Below, in pieces: positions 12,401-25,266 of a stretch of DNA of 64,000 nucleotides; position 1 is the first letter of the stretch, and each line of letters opens with the position of its first letter. Source of the stretch: Takakia lepidozioides (taxonomy: Eukaryota; Plantae; Bryophyta); contig CM060732.1 of the NCBI GenBank assembly GCA_030704615.1, forward strand, positions 79,236,001 through 79,300,000. Reading direction: 5' to 3'. The notes beneath the pieces were generated by a model. The model did no database searches. It saw only the letters and a program-made list of their open reading frames with translations, and had not been told where the DNA came from. The translations under genes were made by a program, and so were the position numbers.

Positions 12401-13809
12401 TAATCTACTAGATTTCTTTGTGGTAATTTGTATCTGTATCCCATTATGCACGGTTAGTAACTGAGAATTCCAGTCATGGAATACCCTGGCCTGTTTCAGC
12501 CACGGACGTCCCAATAATAAGGAGTAAGCCTCCATGTTACTGTGGGGTAGTTGGCTGTACACTTCTTTGATCTTTGTTACTAACATGGACCAAGTGGTCT
12601 GTCATCTGCAGTACATCAGTTAGTTCTGTGCTTCTTGTTTCTTCCTTCCTCTGGATTCTCTTATTTGTGATAATGGTTGTTTTTTTCTCTGCTTTCTAAC
12701 TTCAGAGACCAGGAGGGTCGTATTCTTTTGCATTTCCCTATAGTATCTGCCACCTTGTGCAGTTTCTCATTTTCTTCATCTTCATATCATTGCCACTTCC
12801 AGTCTCATCTTCTTCCTCTTCTACTGGAGGTATTAGTTTGGCTTTACTCTTGTTACTATCATTGTACTTACTTTCTGGTACAACACATGGCCTACCATGT
12901 ACCACTCTCATTCACAGGAGCTCTCATCTCTGTCCAGAATGAACAGGCTGCCTTGCGATGTCCTGGCTGATTACAATAGTAACATAGCTCTTCACCATTG
13001 GGTCCTCGCCCTTGGGTTCTTGGAAAATCCCTGGGGTAATTCCCCCTTGGATTACCCTGATAGTTGCCTCTGGAATTTCCTTGGTAATTCCCTCTGAATT
13101 ACTCTCCCTTCCATGCCATTGTTATAACCACCAGACCTACCATAGTCTGATCACTTCTTCCCTTACTTGCCTATTGGATTTTGTAGTTCATTGGTTATCC
13201 ATTTTACAGATAGTACAGTGTTTCTCCTTCATGTGGCATTCTGTGGTGGTATGGCCTTCATTCTGGCACTTTTGTCCTTAATAATTCTTGTTGGGTTAGT
13301 TCTTGGTTCCTCATCTTCTTTTTTCTTCTTCTTCCTGTTCCTCCTTTTCTTTCCACTTCTTCTTTATTCTGTCCCACACAATCCCACTCACCCTTCTTTT
13401 CCCAGTTTCATTGCTTTTCCCTTCCCCTCTTCACAGTTAACCTCAAAGAAGAATTCAAAAGGCGGGTCTTGATCACACTTGCTTTCTTGATAAGTGAACA
13501 AGGAGTCTCATCTTGGCATCATCATTCTCATTGTTCACTATACACATGTGCTCAAATTGGCTAATGTACATCGGGATCCCCTTTTCCTGAATATATTGGA
13601 AAGGGTGGTTTTGCCCGTGTTGGTTGTAACGCCATCTGTGGCCCTACCTTCTGCCCACTGACAGGTGCTGGCACCCTTGCTGGTGCTGGTCCTTCTGGAC
13701 CTGTTGTTTTTGTGGTGGATCTTCCACCAAGTGGTGGCCCTTGAGCACTCCCTGCTTCTGGCCCCACGATATTCACAGTATTCCCAGCTTCAGTTGCACT
13801 ACTTCCCAC
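9424..13809 (-). pseudogene. gag-pol of the non-chromoviral Gypsy (frameshifted, with deletions)
   Basis: Gag YSGKGDPDVH; post-protease LLGRPWL; RT WLSPIVIVPKKNGKLRVC, DGFSGYNQ, MPFGLCNAPATFQR, FLDD; RH HCDAS; integrase GGHFG..C..C, WGLDFVGP, SDQGSHF, NGQAE. Confidence 0.92.
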
Positions 13810-13981
13810 ACTCCCTGTCCCCCAGAGCCAGATCCAGGCAGCCCGCCTGATCCCCCTGAGCCGACACCTTCGTTGGCCTGTGATCCAAGTGCTCCACTTG
13901 ATCCAGGTCCAACGGGTTGGGATGTCCTGGTTGTAGTCTCAACCTCAGCTGTTGGGTCTACTTCTTCATATTCTTCCTCTT

Positions 13982-15028
13982 CTAATTTCTTCTCTCTGTT
14001 TCATCTCCAAAGTTCTGCCCTTGGGTTTCTTCTTCACTCATGTAACTCAACTGTAATGGTGTTGGAGAGTCTGAACTCTCCGTTGGCTCTGCCACATCCT
14101 CTTCTCCTTCTTCACCTTCTGCTTCAGAAACTGGAGTTCCTGCTTTTGGTGTTCCATGCCAACTCTTATCAAAGATTTCTGTCAAGTCTTTTATCCAAGG
14201 ATGTACCTCAGATCTTTCACCTCGTGATTGATCTTCTTCCTGTACCAATTCCCTTAATCTTTCTTGCAAAGAAACAGAAGGAGTGGCATCCAACTCTAGT
14301 TCTTCCGGTATAGGTGATGCACTCTTTGATCTTAATGGTGTGAGAGGTCCAGATGATTCCCCTATGTCTATTCCTCTCTCCCAAAGATATGGATAATTAG
14401 CTTTCAGATAGCTTTCTCTTTTTGCTGAATATCTCTGTCGTCTAGCTTCTCTTTCATCACTCATGTCCCATGTCTTTCATTTCTTTTAATGTGGCAATAA
14501 CCAAAACTCTCTTCTGTAATATCTCTCGTATATGCCTGGGTTTCTTTCAAGCTTCAATGCACCCTTGGCTATACTTGAAGTCTCCGTTACCATATAACCA
14601 TATGGCAAACAAGTCTGAAAAGCTGTTCTTGGTGTGAGTTTGATCCACAAAATATCCTTTGGAATCCAATTCTTTACCAGTACAAGCTCTTCATGCATAT
14701 GAGTATAAACATTCACCTTTCTTTCTTCCCAGCCTTCAAACTCTACTCGTTTAATGGATAGCAATGCTATCACATAAACCAATGTTGGTAACCAACGTGC
14801 TCTTCCTCTACAGGCTACCTGATAAATTATCACTCCTTTCTCCAGACCCCATTCTGGATCAGCATCATGCACTCGTTTAAGAATATTTTCTTTACAACCG
14901 TCTGGCAATTCCAAGAACCTTTGAAAGAATTGTTTGGACAATCTTTCTTCCTTCGTTCCACAGGGAATTTGATTCACTTCAAATTCTTTAATGGTCCAAC
15001 CACCATGATCCCACCAGATGCCTGTCAC
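13982..15028 (-). CDS. Two ORFs upstream of the gag core (180 aa and 160 aa), unknown function
   Basis: ORF track 14486-15028 and 13982-14464, between the PBS and the gag core. The second may be the gag N-terminus. Confidence 0.45.
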
Positions 15029-15049
15029 ATCTGGTTGTTCATGTCCAGG

Positions 15050-15067
15050 TCCCCAGTATGGTCGCCA
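15050..15067 (-). promoter_or_regulatory. tRNA primer-binding site
   Basis: TGGCGACCATACTGGGGA, 2 nt after the 5' LTR end. TGG is complementary to tRNA CCA; the tRNA identity was not determined. Confidence 0.8.
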
Positions 15068-15069
15068 AA

Positions 15070-15999
15070 TGTCGCGCGGCTTTTACTCACCCATCCCTTC
15101 GCTATTCGAGGCGGAAACTCCAAGATAGAAGAGTTGGAAATCTCTAAGTACTCAGCCCGCGCAGAACAATCAGTCATGACCTACAGCTAGTGTATCATGG
15201 GGGTGTTTCCTATTTGTTTCCCTTTTGGTATTCATGTTAGCTATCTTACCATTGATAATTAAGTATCAGTTTGCTTTATCAATCTATTGGATTCCATCAC
15301 TCATCCATTCATTCACAGCTTCACTCAGATCTCTCTACACAGTGTGATTGTATCGTAAAAGTATCCGATTATGATTTATCAGGTATCAGGCCGAAGCCAT
15401 GTGTCTCTAATCTGCTCTACAATATCATTACAGCCTTGCATATATCAAGCATCTACTCATCATCTCTCTATCTTCACTTCCGTTCTTCATCTCTGCCCGA
15501 TCCCCTCTCCTCATGACCAAGAAGTCCTCCTCCGAATGATATCCCTCAATTCCCCGTTTCTCCCTTTATTCCTATCCGGCGTTTCCCTCACTCGTTTCCC
15601 TCACTAACCGTCGTCTGTGAACTAACATGTTCCCTTCGCAGGTGTTGTTCCCCACAGTCGTTCCCTGTCCTACTCTTCGTTCCCTATGATCGTGACAGCT
15701 GTGTCAAGCTGTGACTGGCTGTGTGAAACTGTGACGGGCTGTGACTGGCTGTGCGACTGTGTTGGCTGGCTGTGTTGTGCTGTGTGGCTGTGGCTGTTGT
15801 GAGGGCTGTGTTGGCTGTGTTGGCTGTGTGCCTGTGACTGTGACGGGCTGTGTTGGCTGTGTGGCGACGGGCTGTGTAACCCCCCTCTACAGTGCGCTGC
15901 TGTCACCCCTAAGGCTCCTGTTGGTCTCAGTCTGTGCAAAAATTAAGGGTACCCTACAGATCCCGTATAAGTGTCTAAGTCCCCGACAGTCCTCTAACA
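15070..15999 (-). repeat. 5' LTR of the non-chromoviral Gypsy, with a GGCTGTG microsatellite-like tract
   Basis: Matches 3382-3520 plus 4454-5172; TG...CA ends. Confidence 0.92.
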
Positions 16000-16360
16000 A
16001 AGAGCTTGTCCCTTTGACTATACCTCTGTTGAGGTATCACCATATGTGAACCTAATGTGAGACTATACCTCTGTTAGTATACCAAACATGAGCTTGTCCA
16101 TTACTATACCTCTATTGAGGTATCACCATATGTGAACCCTAATCAGCTCAGACTATACCTCTGTTAGTATACCAAACAGGAGCTTGTCCCTTTTACGATA
16201 CCTCTGTTGAGGTATCACCATATGTGGACCCTAATCAGCTCAGACTATACCTCTATTAGTATACCAAACAGAACCTCATTTTCAGACTATACCTCTGTAA
16301 AGGTATCATCAACATAAGGGACCCTAGCAACCTCAGACTATACCTCTGTTAAGGTATCAA
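16000..16360 (+). repeat. Tandem array (about 77-bp period, dimer of about 38-bp subunits) in the DNMT-Gypsy leader; starts at about 3348
   Basis: Recurrent ACTATACCTCTGTT followed alternately by GAGGTATCACC or AGTATACCAAAC. Confidence 0.85.
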
Positions 16361-17318
16361 CAGTGAAAGGACTTGGTGAAATTTAAGGGCCTTTGGAGGA
16401 TTGTTTGGAAGATATTTGAGGGCCCTGGAGGAGTATTGGAGGATCTTTGGGGTCCTTTGGATCTTTGGGTCCTTGGAGGACCCTTCGAGGAGCTTTGGTG
16501 GACAATGTTGAAGAGCTCTTGAAGGATTGATTGAGGGATATTGAAGGATACTTGCCACGGCCATACAAGCGAGTGGATAGAGACAGGAGGGAGAGTGGTG
16601 GGATGAGAGCATTCTGGGGTTAGGAATTGCTTTAGTTTCTCTTTCCATAGTCTTTCACCTCTCTGTAGGCCAAAACCTTTCCGTAGGTGGAGGCAAGAGT
16701 CAGTCCGGGTTTGGGCTGGGGTGTCTTGCAGGAGCGACACTGTGGAGTGTTTTTGGTGGGGGAGTTGCTGTCTTGATTTTCTTGTGTTTGGATCCCCTCC
16801 ACACCTGCATGCTTGACTGTGCGCCATGTTAGCTTTGTGTGGGCATTTGTTTTCATAGGAGGTTGGTTCGGATTTGATCACCGGCCAATCCTAGAGTATG
16901 CTGTCGGTGGTGAGGCTGGAGTGATGACCAGCAAGACCACCAGTGTTTCTTCTATGGTGAGGCTGGGTTGATGACCAGCAGACCATAGGAGTGCTTGCGG
17001 TGGATGCAGGTGCAGAAACCTATTATTCCTGCTTGAACCAGTAGCCGCAACAGGTTCTTTACCCGGTTACCTTGTAGAAAGTGGGGATTAGAGATAGGTT
17101 GACAACCGGTTGGGTTGTGAGTTTTCATCACGGAGGTACCACCAGCTGCTGAGGGGAGTGCCGGTACAAGCACCAGCAATACTAGTGGGTACACAAGACA
17201 AGGTGTGCGGTTTAGGCCACTTTCACCTTCAGTGTCTTCTGAGGAAGGTTCAAACTCGGAGTCAGGAGGATTCTCGCCGAGGGTGCAAGTCATTTCCGTG
17301 CCATTGTTGTAGGACACG

Positions 17319-19450
17319 ATGGAGGAGATGTATGGAGCTACCAAGGGGCCACGTAGGTACTCTGGAGCTGTGGGCACCATCGAGCTTGATGACTTTATAC
17401 AAGAGTTTGACAGTTGGTGTGTGCGCAATCCACAACTGTTTACGCCCTTTATGGCGTGGAAGAGGCTATTCCAGCACCTTGAGGGGCCGCCCATGGATGA
17501 TTACCATGAATTTAGGCGGGGTTATGCGGTGGAGATTGAGGAGTGACAAGAGTATTGGTCACCTAACTATGTCTCAATCACTAGAGGCACAAGGGACACC
17601 AGCAACTACACAAACATCTCCAACTACAAGCACTAGGAGTGGAACAAGTAGTGCCGGCACTTCTGCAGGTGGTACCAGTTCAAAAAGTGCTACTACTCCT
17701 CCGGCCACAATTACAACACATGTGCCTAGATTTAACCTGGTGGTGGAGTTCTTCCAGGAGTTGCGGAGGAACTACCAAGGTGTACGGACAGAGAAGCTGC
17801 GAAGTTTGCAAGACTTCCAGCGCAAATCCAGTGAGAGCTTGCGAGAGGCCTACACTCGTATGAGGCGCTTGATAAGTGTGACCCAAGGGGTTACTGAAGC
17901 TCAGGCAGTCCAGTTCTGGTATGGAATTTTGGACAAGGAGCTCAAGAGAAGGGTGCGGGATGCAACCCTGTTACAAGCGGCCCAACCCACATTAGCGGAT
18001 GTGTTTCTGCTGGCTGAGCGGATTGAGCTCAACATGGTGGAGGAGTGAGTTGTTACCATTGGATTTGGCAAAGACATGCCTGCACGAGGTGCAGCTGCCA
18101 GCCAACAGGTACAAGGGACTGCCCAACAGCGTGGTCAGGGGGGCAAGGTTGCCCAACCCAAGTTCCATGGAGCTTACAGGGGACCTCAGGTGCAGAGGCC
18201 CGTGGCATCTTTTGCAGGCCAACAGCAACCAGGGGTGATATGTTGGACATGTGGAGGACCCCATGTCAAGAGAGATTGCCCAGAGAGTGGCAGGGCCAGC
18301 ACAAGCACAGCCTGCACAGTTGCAGTGTGGGCATTGTGGCAGTATGGGCATGGAGATGCCCAGTGTTATGACTTGCACCCTGAGTTGCGCCCAGGCCAGT
18401 TCCAAGGGAACAATGGTGGCCGGGGGCGAGGTGGACCAGCCCAGAGAGGACGAGGTGGTCGGGCATGAGGTGCAGGCCAAGGACAAGCTCAACATGGCCA
18501 AGGACGCGGAGGTCAAGGTGTTGACCAAGACATGGCCAACCGGCTTCAGCAGCTAGAACAGAGGCTCGCTGCCATGGCTACAGCTCAGGTGGTACCGGCT
18601 CCCAGGCGGGATGGTCCACCTCCTGCTTCTGAGGGAGGAGATATGGGAGGCATGGGATTCATGTGCGGAGCAGCACTACCACTAGTGCAGGTGGAGTCTG
18701 CTGCAGCCGTGACTCGAGGAGCAGCATGAGTTCCTGAGCCATGAGGTGCAGAGGTGGAATTGGATCCACAGCGTGGGGAGGCGAGCCGTCAGGCGAGGCT
18801 TCCTCAGTCATTCACATTGGCGGAGACAGTGTCGACGCCATTCATGGCACCTAGTTCTCGCCCGACTGTTACCGAGACGGAGGTTACTATGCCATTGGGG
18901 AGAGCTACACGTGCAGCACTGACACCTGCTACCAAATATGTGCAGCCAGTGTGTTATTGGGGGCAGCCACCTTTGTGTGTCAAGCCCCACTGTTCTCGGC
19001 AACCATGATTGCGACGCCGGGGGTAAGACCAGCTGTAGTGTTCAAACTAGCAGCAACACTCTGTGAGAGTGGGGAGGTCACTTCATCTACTGCGGAGTTA
19101 CTGGAAGGTGTAGTGGCAGAGGGATCCTCAGATTTGAGGGTCAAGACTGCCACGGCTGCGCCATGGCAAGTTGCAGCTGCCAGGTTGACGGAGCTGCCAG
19201 CTAGGCTAGCCTTCGAGCGCGCCAGGGTGACACCTGGAGTTGTCTTGTTAGACAACCAGGGAGGCATTTTCACTTTGAGTGGACCGGCAGACAAGAAGTA
19301 CCGGCCACTGCGGGTCTTGTTGGACTCAGGAGCTCAGCCACTGATGTTGGGCAAGGCTGCTATTGCAGGTTTGGGCCTCATGGAGGTGGATATGGAGCCT
19401 TGTCCTTTCCAGATACAGACATCTCTGGGAGGATCACAGCAGGCTCGGGC
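17319..19450 (+). pseudogene. Gag (two Zn knuckles) and aspartic protease of the DNMT-Gypsy family, truncated after the protease
   Basis: CWTCGGPHVKRDC and CGHCG..GH....C knuckles and LLDSGAQ protease motif. Colinear with 44630-46520. Multiple stops and frameshifts. Confidence 0.85.
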
Positions 19451-20267
19451 TTTTTGTTGGTGGTGTATGGGAGTTGAAAAGAGCAAGAAGACATTGCAGA
19501 TTTCTTCACAGCTACCATAGCTCGTTGCAAGAGAGCTCAAGGTTCAAGAGACACAAACCCTAGCTTGGTGTGGCTAAACCCCCTTGGAGAAATGGCTAAA
19601 CTGCCATGAGCACACATGGATGGGGCTGTGATGGGCTGTGACAGGCTGTGGCCTTTAGGGCTATGACGGGCTGTGGCCTATGGGCCTGTGACAAGATGTG
19701 ATAGGCTGTGACCTGTGGCCTGTAGGGCTGTGGTGGGCTGTGATAGGCTGTGGCCTATGGGGCTGTGACGGACTGTGGGGCTGGGATGGGTTGTGATGGA
19801 TGTGACCTGTGGGGCTGTGACTGGTTGTGAAGGGTTGTGGCCTGTGTGGGGCTGTGAGGGCTTGACATGTAATCTGTGTGGGCCTGTGCTGGTCTGTGGT
19901 GGCCTGTGTTGACCTTTGGACGGCCTGGGCTGACCCGTGGAGGCACTGATGGATTGCCTGAGAACTAGTATGTGGTCTTGAAGGCCAAATTTCAAAGCTC
20001 ATGGAGGGCGGTTTGAGGAGTATCTTCATGATATTCCCATGGTCATACAAGTGAGGGAAGAGAGGAGAGGAAGAGTGTTGGGATGAGGGCATGTTGGGGT
20101 TAGGCATTGCTTTAGCTTCTCTTCCTCGTAGTTTTTCACCCTCTCATTAGGCTAAGACCTTTCCGTAGGTGGAGGCAAGAGTCAATCCGGGTTTGGGCTG
20201 GGGTGTCCTTACAGGAGCGACACCGTGGAGTTGTTTTTGGTGTGGAAGAGTTGTCGTTCTGATTTCT

Positions 20268-20569
20268 TGGAGCTTCTCTCACCTCCATAGCTCTAGGTAT
20301 TGAGAGGGAGTGTGTTGAGGGCTTTGTAGGGTGGATTCCTTTAGCCAAGGTGCCCTTGGCTTGACTTAGTTTATGTGATAGAGTGGATGTCACTTGGAAG
20401 GACTAGGGCTTGTTCTTCATGTGATTGCTTCATGCTTTGAGAGCTTTCATTGTCTTCTACTTCTCTCATTTCTCATCTCTTATCTATTGTGGTAGCTTTC
20501 TAGGATTGTGTGCTTAGATGTGTGGTTGACAGCGATGTATGTTGTGGCACGATGCTTAGGTGCACGACA
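20268..20569 (+). repeat. Right terminus: 3' part of B3 followed by repeat A3
   Basis: 20268-20484 matches about 1824-2038. 20488-20569 matches the reverse complement of 26764-26848. Confidence 0.85.
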
Positions 20570-21330
20570 ATAACCATAAATAGTTATGGTTATGGTATGG
20601 ATACTTCATTCCCAGTTGCAGGGGAAAGGTAAGGGTTTAGACGTAACAATGGCGTAAGGTTTTCCTTAGGGTTTTCGACGAGGGTATAGGGCTTGGGTTG
20701 AAGGCAGAAATGGTGAGCATACATGCCGGAAGACTCGCACTCGCTACAACTTAGTGTGTGTTAGTATGGTACAAAATGGAAATTTGGTTACATTGAAGAG
20801 ATTTGGATAACTAGAATGGTTATGGATATGGTATGGATAGTTGATTCCCATTTGCAAAGGGAAGGGAATGGTTCTGGGGTATTGGGTTAAGGGTAAATGT
20901 TTAGGGTTTTCTAGTAAGGGTTTAGGGTTTTTGTTTAAGTTACAAAATAGACAAACACTTATGGAAAACTCCAGACTTCGCTAGAACTTAGTGTTGTTAG
21001 TAGGGTACTAGTAAGCAAAAAAAAATGAAGAACCTAATATTATGGACAAGTATTTAAATGAAAGACTCGTCGTTGGAACCTTGACCTAGTATTAAGATGT
21101 AATACAAACTATAACATGCCTAAATGCATGTCAATCCAAAACAAAGGAAAAAGCTTGCGCAAATGTGAAGGGAGAAGACATTTCAATAACCATAATGGTT
21201 ATGGTTATGGCTATGGTTATGGTATGAATAGTTCATGGGCCATTTGCAGAAAAGGGTAAGGGTTAGAGGTAATGCTAACAAAAAAAAGCAAGGTACTATA
21301 AAAAATGTATGTCAATCCAAAATCCTAAAT
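20570..21330. repeat. Degenerate satellite-like repeat
   Basis: Several diverged copies of the unit seen at 1184-1618. Confidence 0.7.
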
Positions 21331-21695
21331 TGCCAAAAAAATAAATAAAAATGAAAGTACACACTATGAGATTTGGAAAGAAAATGACGTTATATAATGA
21401 CTTTTGGGAAGCGCCTGGATCTCATGGGAGAAAATGGATATGAAGAAAACATAAGAGAGGATAAAAAGTCAGACCACCAAATAAAAACTATGAGAAATAA
21501 AAATTGTTTAAAATTTGAACAACGGAATAGAACATGTGAAATTCCCTCTTAAACCAGGGCCAAAGATGAGAAGTATGAAAATCAAATGAAATGAAAATTT
21601 GGTGCAGAAAAGTCGTAGAGCTTAGAGGGAAAATGGAGGAAAACCTCAGAGAAAAAACTTCAGGACTGGCAAATTGAAAAGTATGTCAATAACGA

Positions 21696-22994
21696 TTGAG
21701 TAAGGCTCATCCTAGTGGGAGACTTCAGTGGGAGAATTGGTGCGGCATGTCTATGAGGAGTTGGGGCATTTTGGAGTGCGACGCACTCACAGTTTACTTT
21801 AGGGGTAGTATTTGGTGGCGTGGTATGCATATAGAGGTGCAACAGTTCGTGGCTAGGTGCATGGTGTGTGACAGGGTGCGTGCTTCATTCAACGCCCCTA
21901 CACCATGGTTGCATCCTTTACCAATCATGGGATTGGGCTACAGGTGGAGTCTTGACTTCGTAGGACCATTGCCACTAACTATGCGACACCACAGATATGT
22001 GTTGGTGATGGTGGAGCACTTCTCCAAGTGGATTGAGTTGGTTAAATTGCCTGACAAGGCTAGTGAGGGGGCTGCGTATGCATTCTTGGATCGTGTGCTT
22101 AGCCGATTTGGTGCTCCAACTGAGGTACTCACGGACCAAGGGAGAGAGTTCTTTGGGGAGTTTCAGGTTTTGTGTGATAAAGCCTTGATAGACCACCGCA
22201 CCACTTCTCGGGATCATTGAGGCCGATGGCTTGGCAGAGAGAGAGTTGTTCAGACGGTGAAGAGGGGTTTGCGCAAGTATGGCTTGCAGAAAGAACACCT
22301 AGGAGATTGGGATCTTCAGGTGTCTTGGTTAGCCATGGGCTACAGGTTCTGCAAACAAGCATCACTTGCCTCTTTCTCACCATATTTCCTTCTCTTTGGC
22401 CGAGAGCCGGAATTTCCTGCAGCCATTCGTAGGGACACTGCTCGAGTCCTTAACCTTGACGATCCGGACGTGTGGGTACGTGCATGTGATCAGCGTACAG
22501 AGTTGTTCAAGAAAGTCATGCCCATGGCTTTTGAGAACCTTGCCATTGCATAGCACCGTGATACGTTGAGGTATGCCACTATACGTGGTGGAGGATATCA
22601 TCCTGGGGTTCAGAGGTTTAGCCCTGGTGACTATGTTTATTTGCAGCAAACTACTCCTACGACCCTGGATGTCACTGCAAGGCGTGTTATTCTGAGGGTT
22701 CCAGAGGTGTTGCCCTCAGGAGTCCTGATCTTGGAGGGTCGGGATGGCATGACTTAGAAAGATCATGTGCGTAATTGTGCGCCATGTCACCTTCCCAATG
22801 TCGATGGTAGAGTTGACCCAAACTTGGCAGTGGTACCTGCAGGTTTGAGGTGCATGCTCTGTGGGTCTGCCAAAGGGGCAACCACCATGCTGGTGTGTGA
22901 TCGATGCTCAAGAGGTTGGCATATGGGATGCTTGACACCACCTCTTGAGAAGGTTCCTGATGGAGATTGGTTATGTCTATACTGCTTGGGATAG
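21696..22994 (+). pseudogene. Integrase plus C-terminal PHD finger of the DNMT-Gypsy family (5'-truncated)
   Basis: WSLDFVGP, TDQGREF, DGLAER; PHD CMLC..CDRC..H..C..WLCLYC. Colinear with 57254-58441. Internal stops. Confidence 0.9.
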
Positions 22995-23253
22995 TGCAGT
23001 GGACATGACTAGAGGCAGCTAACAAGACATGGGAGGCCAAGCTCATAGGAGTCAATACATGAGATCCCAGGCTCAAGTTCACAGGTTGCAAGACGACGAC
23101 TAACGATGGGGCAACTCTTGCACCCGACCTCTTGATCTATTGAGTTTGAGTGTAGTAGGGACAGTGGTGGAGGACTTAGTGAGGCTATGGTCACTATCAC
23201 ATCTTGTGGCTACCTGGACTTAGAGGGACCTAAGCACCAGCTAGGGGGGCAAT

Positions 23254-23959
23254 TGTGTGGACTAGTGACTGCCATAGTGGGCAGCATAGTGGCAGCCTAG
23301 TGACTGACTAGTTTTTGCCTAGTGGTTGGAGTAGTGGCTGGACTAGTGGTGGACTAGTGATATACTAGTGTGTGGTGTGCATATGTGTTGTGTGGTTTTG
23401 GACAGCGATATAGTTGTGTAGCGATATGTATGCGCACAACAGCTGTCAAGTTATTTTACCACTAGTGTGAAACTAGCTAGGAAATAGCTAGCTTTTATAT
23501 ATTGACATTTGGGATTGGCCCAAGTGTCAATCCAGGGGTCAAGGCAGATTTAGGCCCTGGAGTGGTTATCTTCACGGCAAGCACGGGAGGCTCATATTTC
23601 TCGAGTTGAGCCTCACCGCGCCTAGCTATGGCGCCGTAGTGTGGATTCCCCATGGCGTCGGGTGCACTTGGCTTGACTTGTATTTGAGTGATGAGGTTAT
23701 ATATGCATGGGTTTATGCTTCAGCTTTGTGAGCTCGCATGAGCTTGTGCTTGTATTATTCTTCTTTATCATTGTGTGGACTAGTGACTGCCATAATGGGC
23801 AGCATAGCGGCAGCCTAGTGACTGACTAGTTGTAGCCTAGTGGTTAGACTAGTGGTTGGACTAGTGGTGGATTAGTGGTATACTAGTGTGTGGTGTGCAT
23901 ATGTGTTGTGTGGTTTTGGACAGCAATATAGTTGTGTAGCGATATGTATGCGCACGACA
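23254..23959 (+). repeat. Right terminus A-gc-B-t-A (subfamily 2), after the PPT CTAGGGGGGC
   Basis: A 23254-23441, B 23444-23770, A' 23772-23959. Each unit is TG...CA. Confidence 0.9.
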
Positions 23960-24160
23960 AGATTATGTAAGTTAACATCCATATAGAATGGACACATCTA
24001 TATGAAGAGTCACAACCCTTTAGGGTATGACTGTTGAGTTGTTGAAGAGACATTGTCTTGTCTTCTTCTCTCTCATTCTTACATACATAAAATTGAGTAA
24101 TCATACTCACTCTACACTAATGTTTGAGTGCTAGTATTTTAGAACAAATTTGGTGTTGAC
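23960..24160 (+). repeat. Possible displaced remainder of the Copia 3' LTR
   Basis: Begins AGAT, the same 4-mer that precedes B2 at 59927-59930 on the minus strand. AT-rich, ends TGTTGACA. Inference only. Confidence 0.4.
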
Positions 24161-25266
24161 AAAGCCCGACGCCTGGTATAAAAGCAGGCCTCTACCAGTC
24201 CAACAGTACTAGAGAAATATCCAGTGATCCTCACACAAGGTTTTCTTCGCCACCTTACAAAAATTGTTCCCATCGACTCCCTCCCTATCCACATTGTTGC
24301 TCAACCGTAACTGTCAGTGGCTACATATATCTCTCTTCAGCTTCAAAGCATTAAATTTAAGTTAGCGAGCTTTTAAGTTTTGGAGCCCCCTCTAATCCTG
24401 CACCCATTCACCATTCATGTTTCTGCTCCATTCAAAGTGGACCACGCCTCTAACCCTTCCCCTCCTCTGTATCTCCCAACACATTTGGGGCTGAGGGGTG
24501 ATATCAGGTTAGTGATCCCTGTGGAAACCCAGGCTTAAACCACTTCACATTTGTTATCAATGTCATCCCTGAAACAGATCCTACTGGCAAAGAGAGGATT
24601 GGTGGTCTCATGACAGTACGCACCCATTCCCAGAGCTAGTCAAGTCGATGTTAGTTCTTCATAGTGTCCACTCTCTTTGTGTTGTCATACCAAGCAGCCC
24701 TTTGGAGTCTGAATGATACCTGGCTTGAAGTCATAGTTGAACAGTAAGGTGGTCAGCTCCTTGAGCTCGTGCCTGCTCCTCTTCCAAATGAGAAGAGTGG
24801 CCAGGCTTTCTAACCTTGATGGGCTGCTGACCCATGGAAAACCCTTGTGAGTCATCCTGTTATCCATTGTTCTAGGAAAAAAATCTGAACAGAATAACTG
24901 ATCCACATTCAAGGGAGTGAGAGAAGGAGAGGTGCTAAAGGGTATGATAACTGGTCTTGTGGCAGGTGCTGATACATGGAGTGTCTCCTCAAAGGCTGGC
25001 ATGTGTGCTATTGTGCTCTGGGCAGAAGACTGTGACAGAGAAAGTTTTTTCAGAGGGGGGTGAATAAAGTGATCTAAGACATCAAACATTTGGTGCTACT
25101 CCCAAGTATATGTTGTACAATTGATTTAGGACTTGCTTGTCCAGTCAGTTGTTGCTGAAATCTCTAGAGAAGCTTTGGACAAAGCGTCTTGCTCTTTGTG
25201 ACTGGCTCCTTTTTGAGAGAGCAGGGTTTTTTCTTGACGGGTGTACTTCACTCACAACCATGTTTT

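Larger units (their letters stand above)
3382..15999 (-). mobile_element. Non-chromoviral Ty3/Gypsy LTR retrotransposon (Athila/Tat-related or bryophyte/lycophyte lineage), degenerate, with extra ORFs
   Basis: TSD AAGAG (3377-3381 and 16000-16004). TG..CA LTRs at 15070-15999 and 3382-3520 plus 4454-5172. PBS and PPT present. Domain order is RT-RH-INT. Confidence 0.92.
1619..20569 (+). mobile_element. Internally deleted DNMT-Gypsy-family element (subfamily 3) with B...B-t-A termini and 4-bp TSD ATAA; hosts the nested Gypsy at 3382-15999
   Basis: Starts TGTC (1619) and ends GACA (20569). ATAA lies at 1615-1618 and 20570-20573, and removing the element restores the flanking repeat unit (compare 21181-21200). 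Its gag-protease is homologous to 44630-46520. Confidence 0.8.

Noticed and set aside
16000-16360. CRISPR-like array
   Set aside because: The intervening sequences are themselves repeated, there are no cas genes, and the context is a eukaryotic retroelement.
24685-25089. 134-aa ORF downstream of the eIF2-gamma fragment
   Set aside because: No recognisable motif and no second copy; it cannot be supported.
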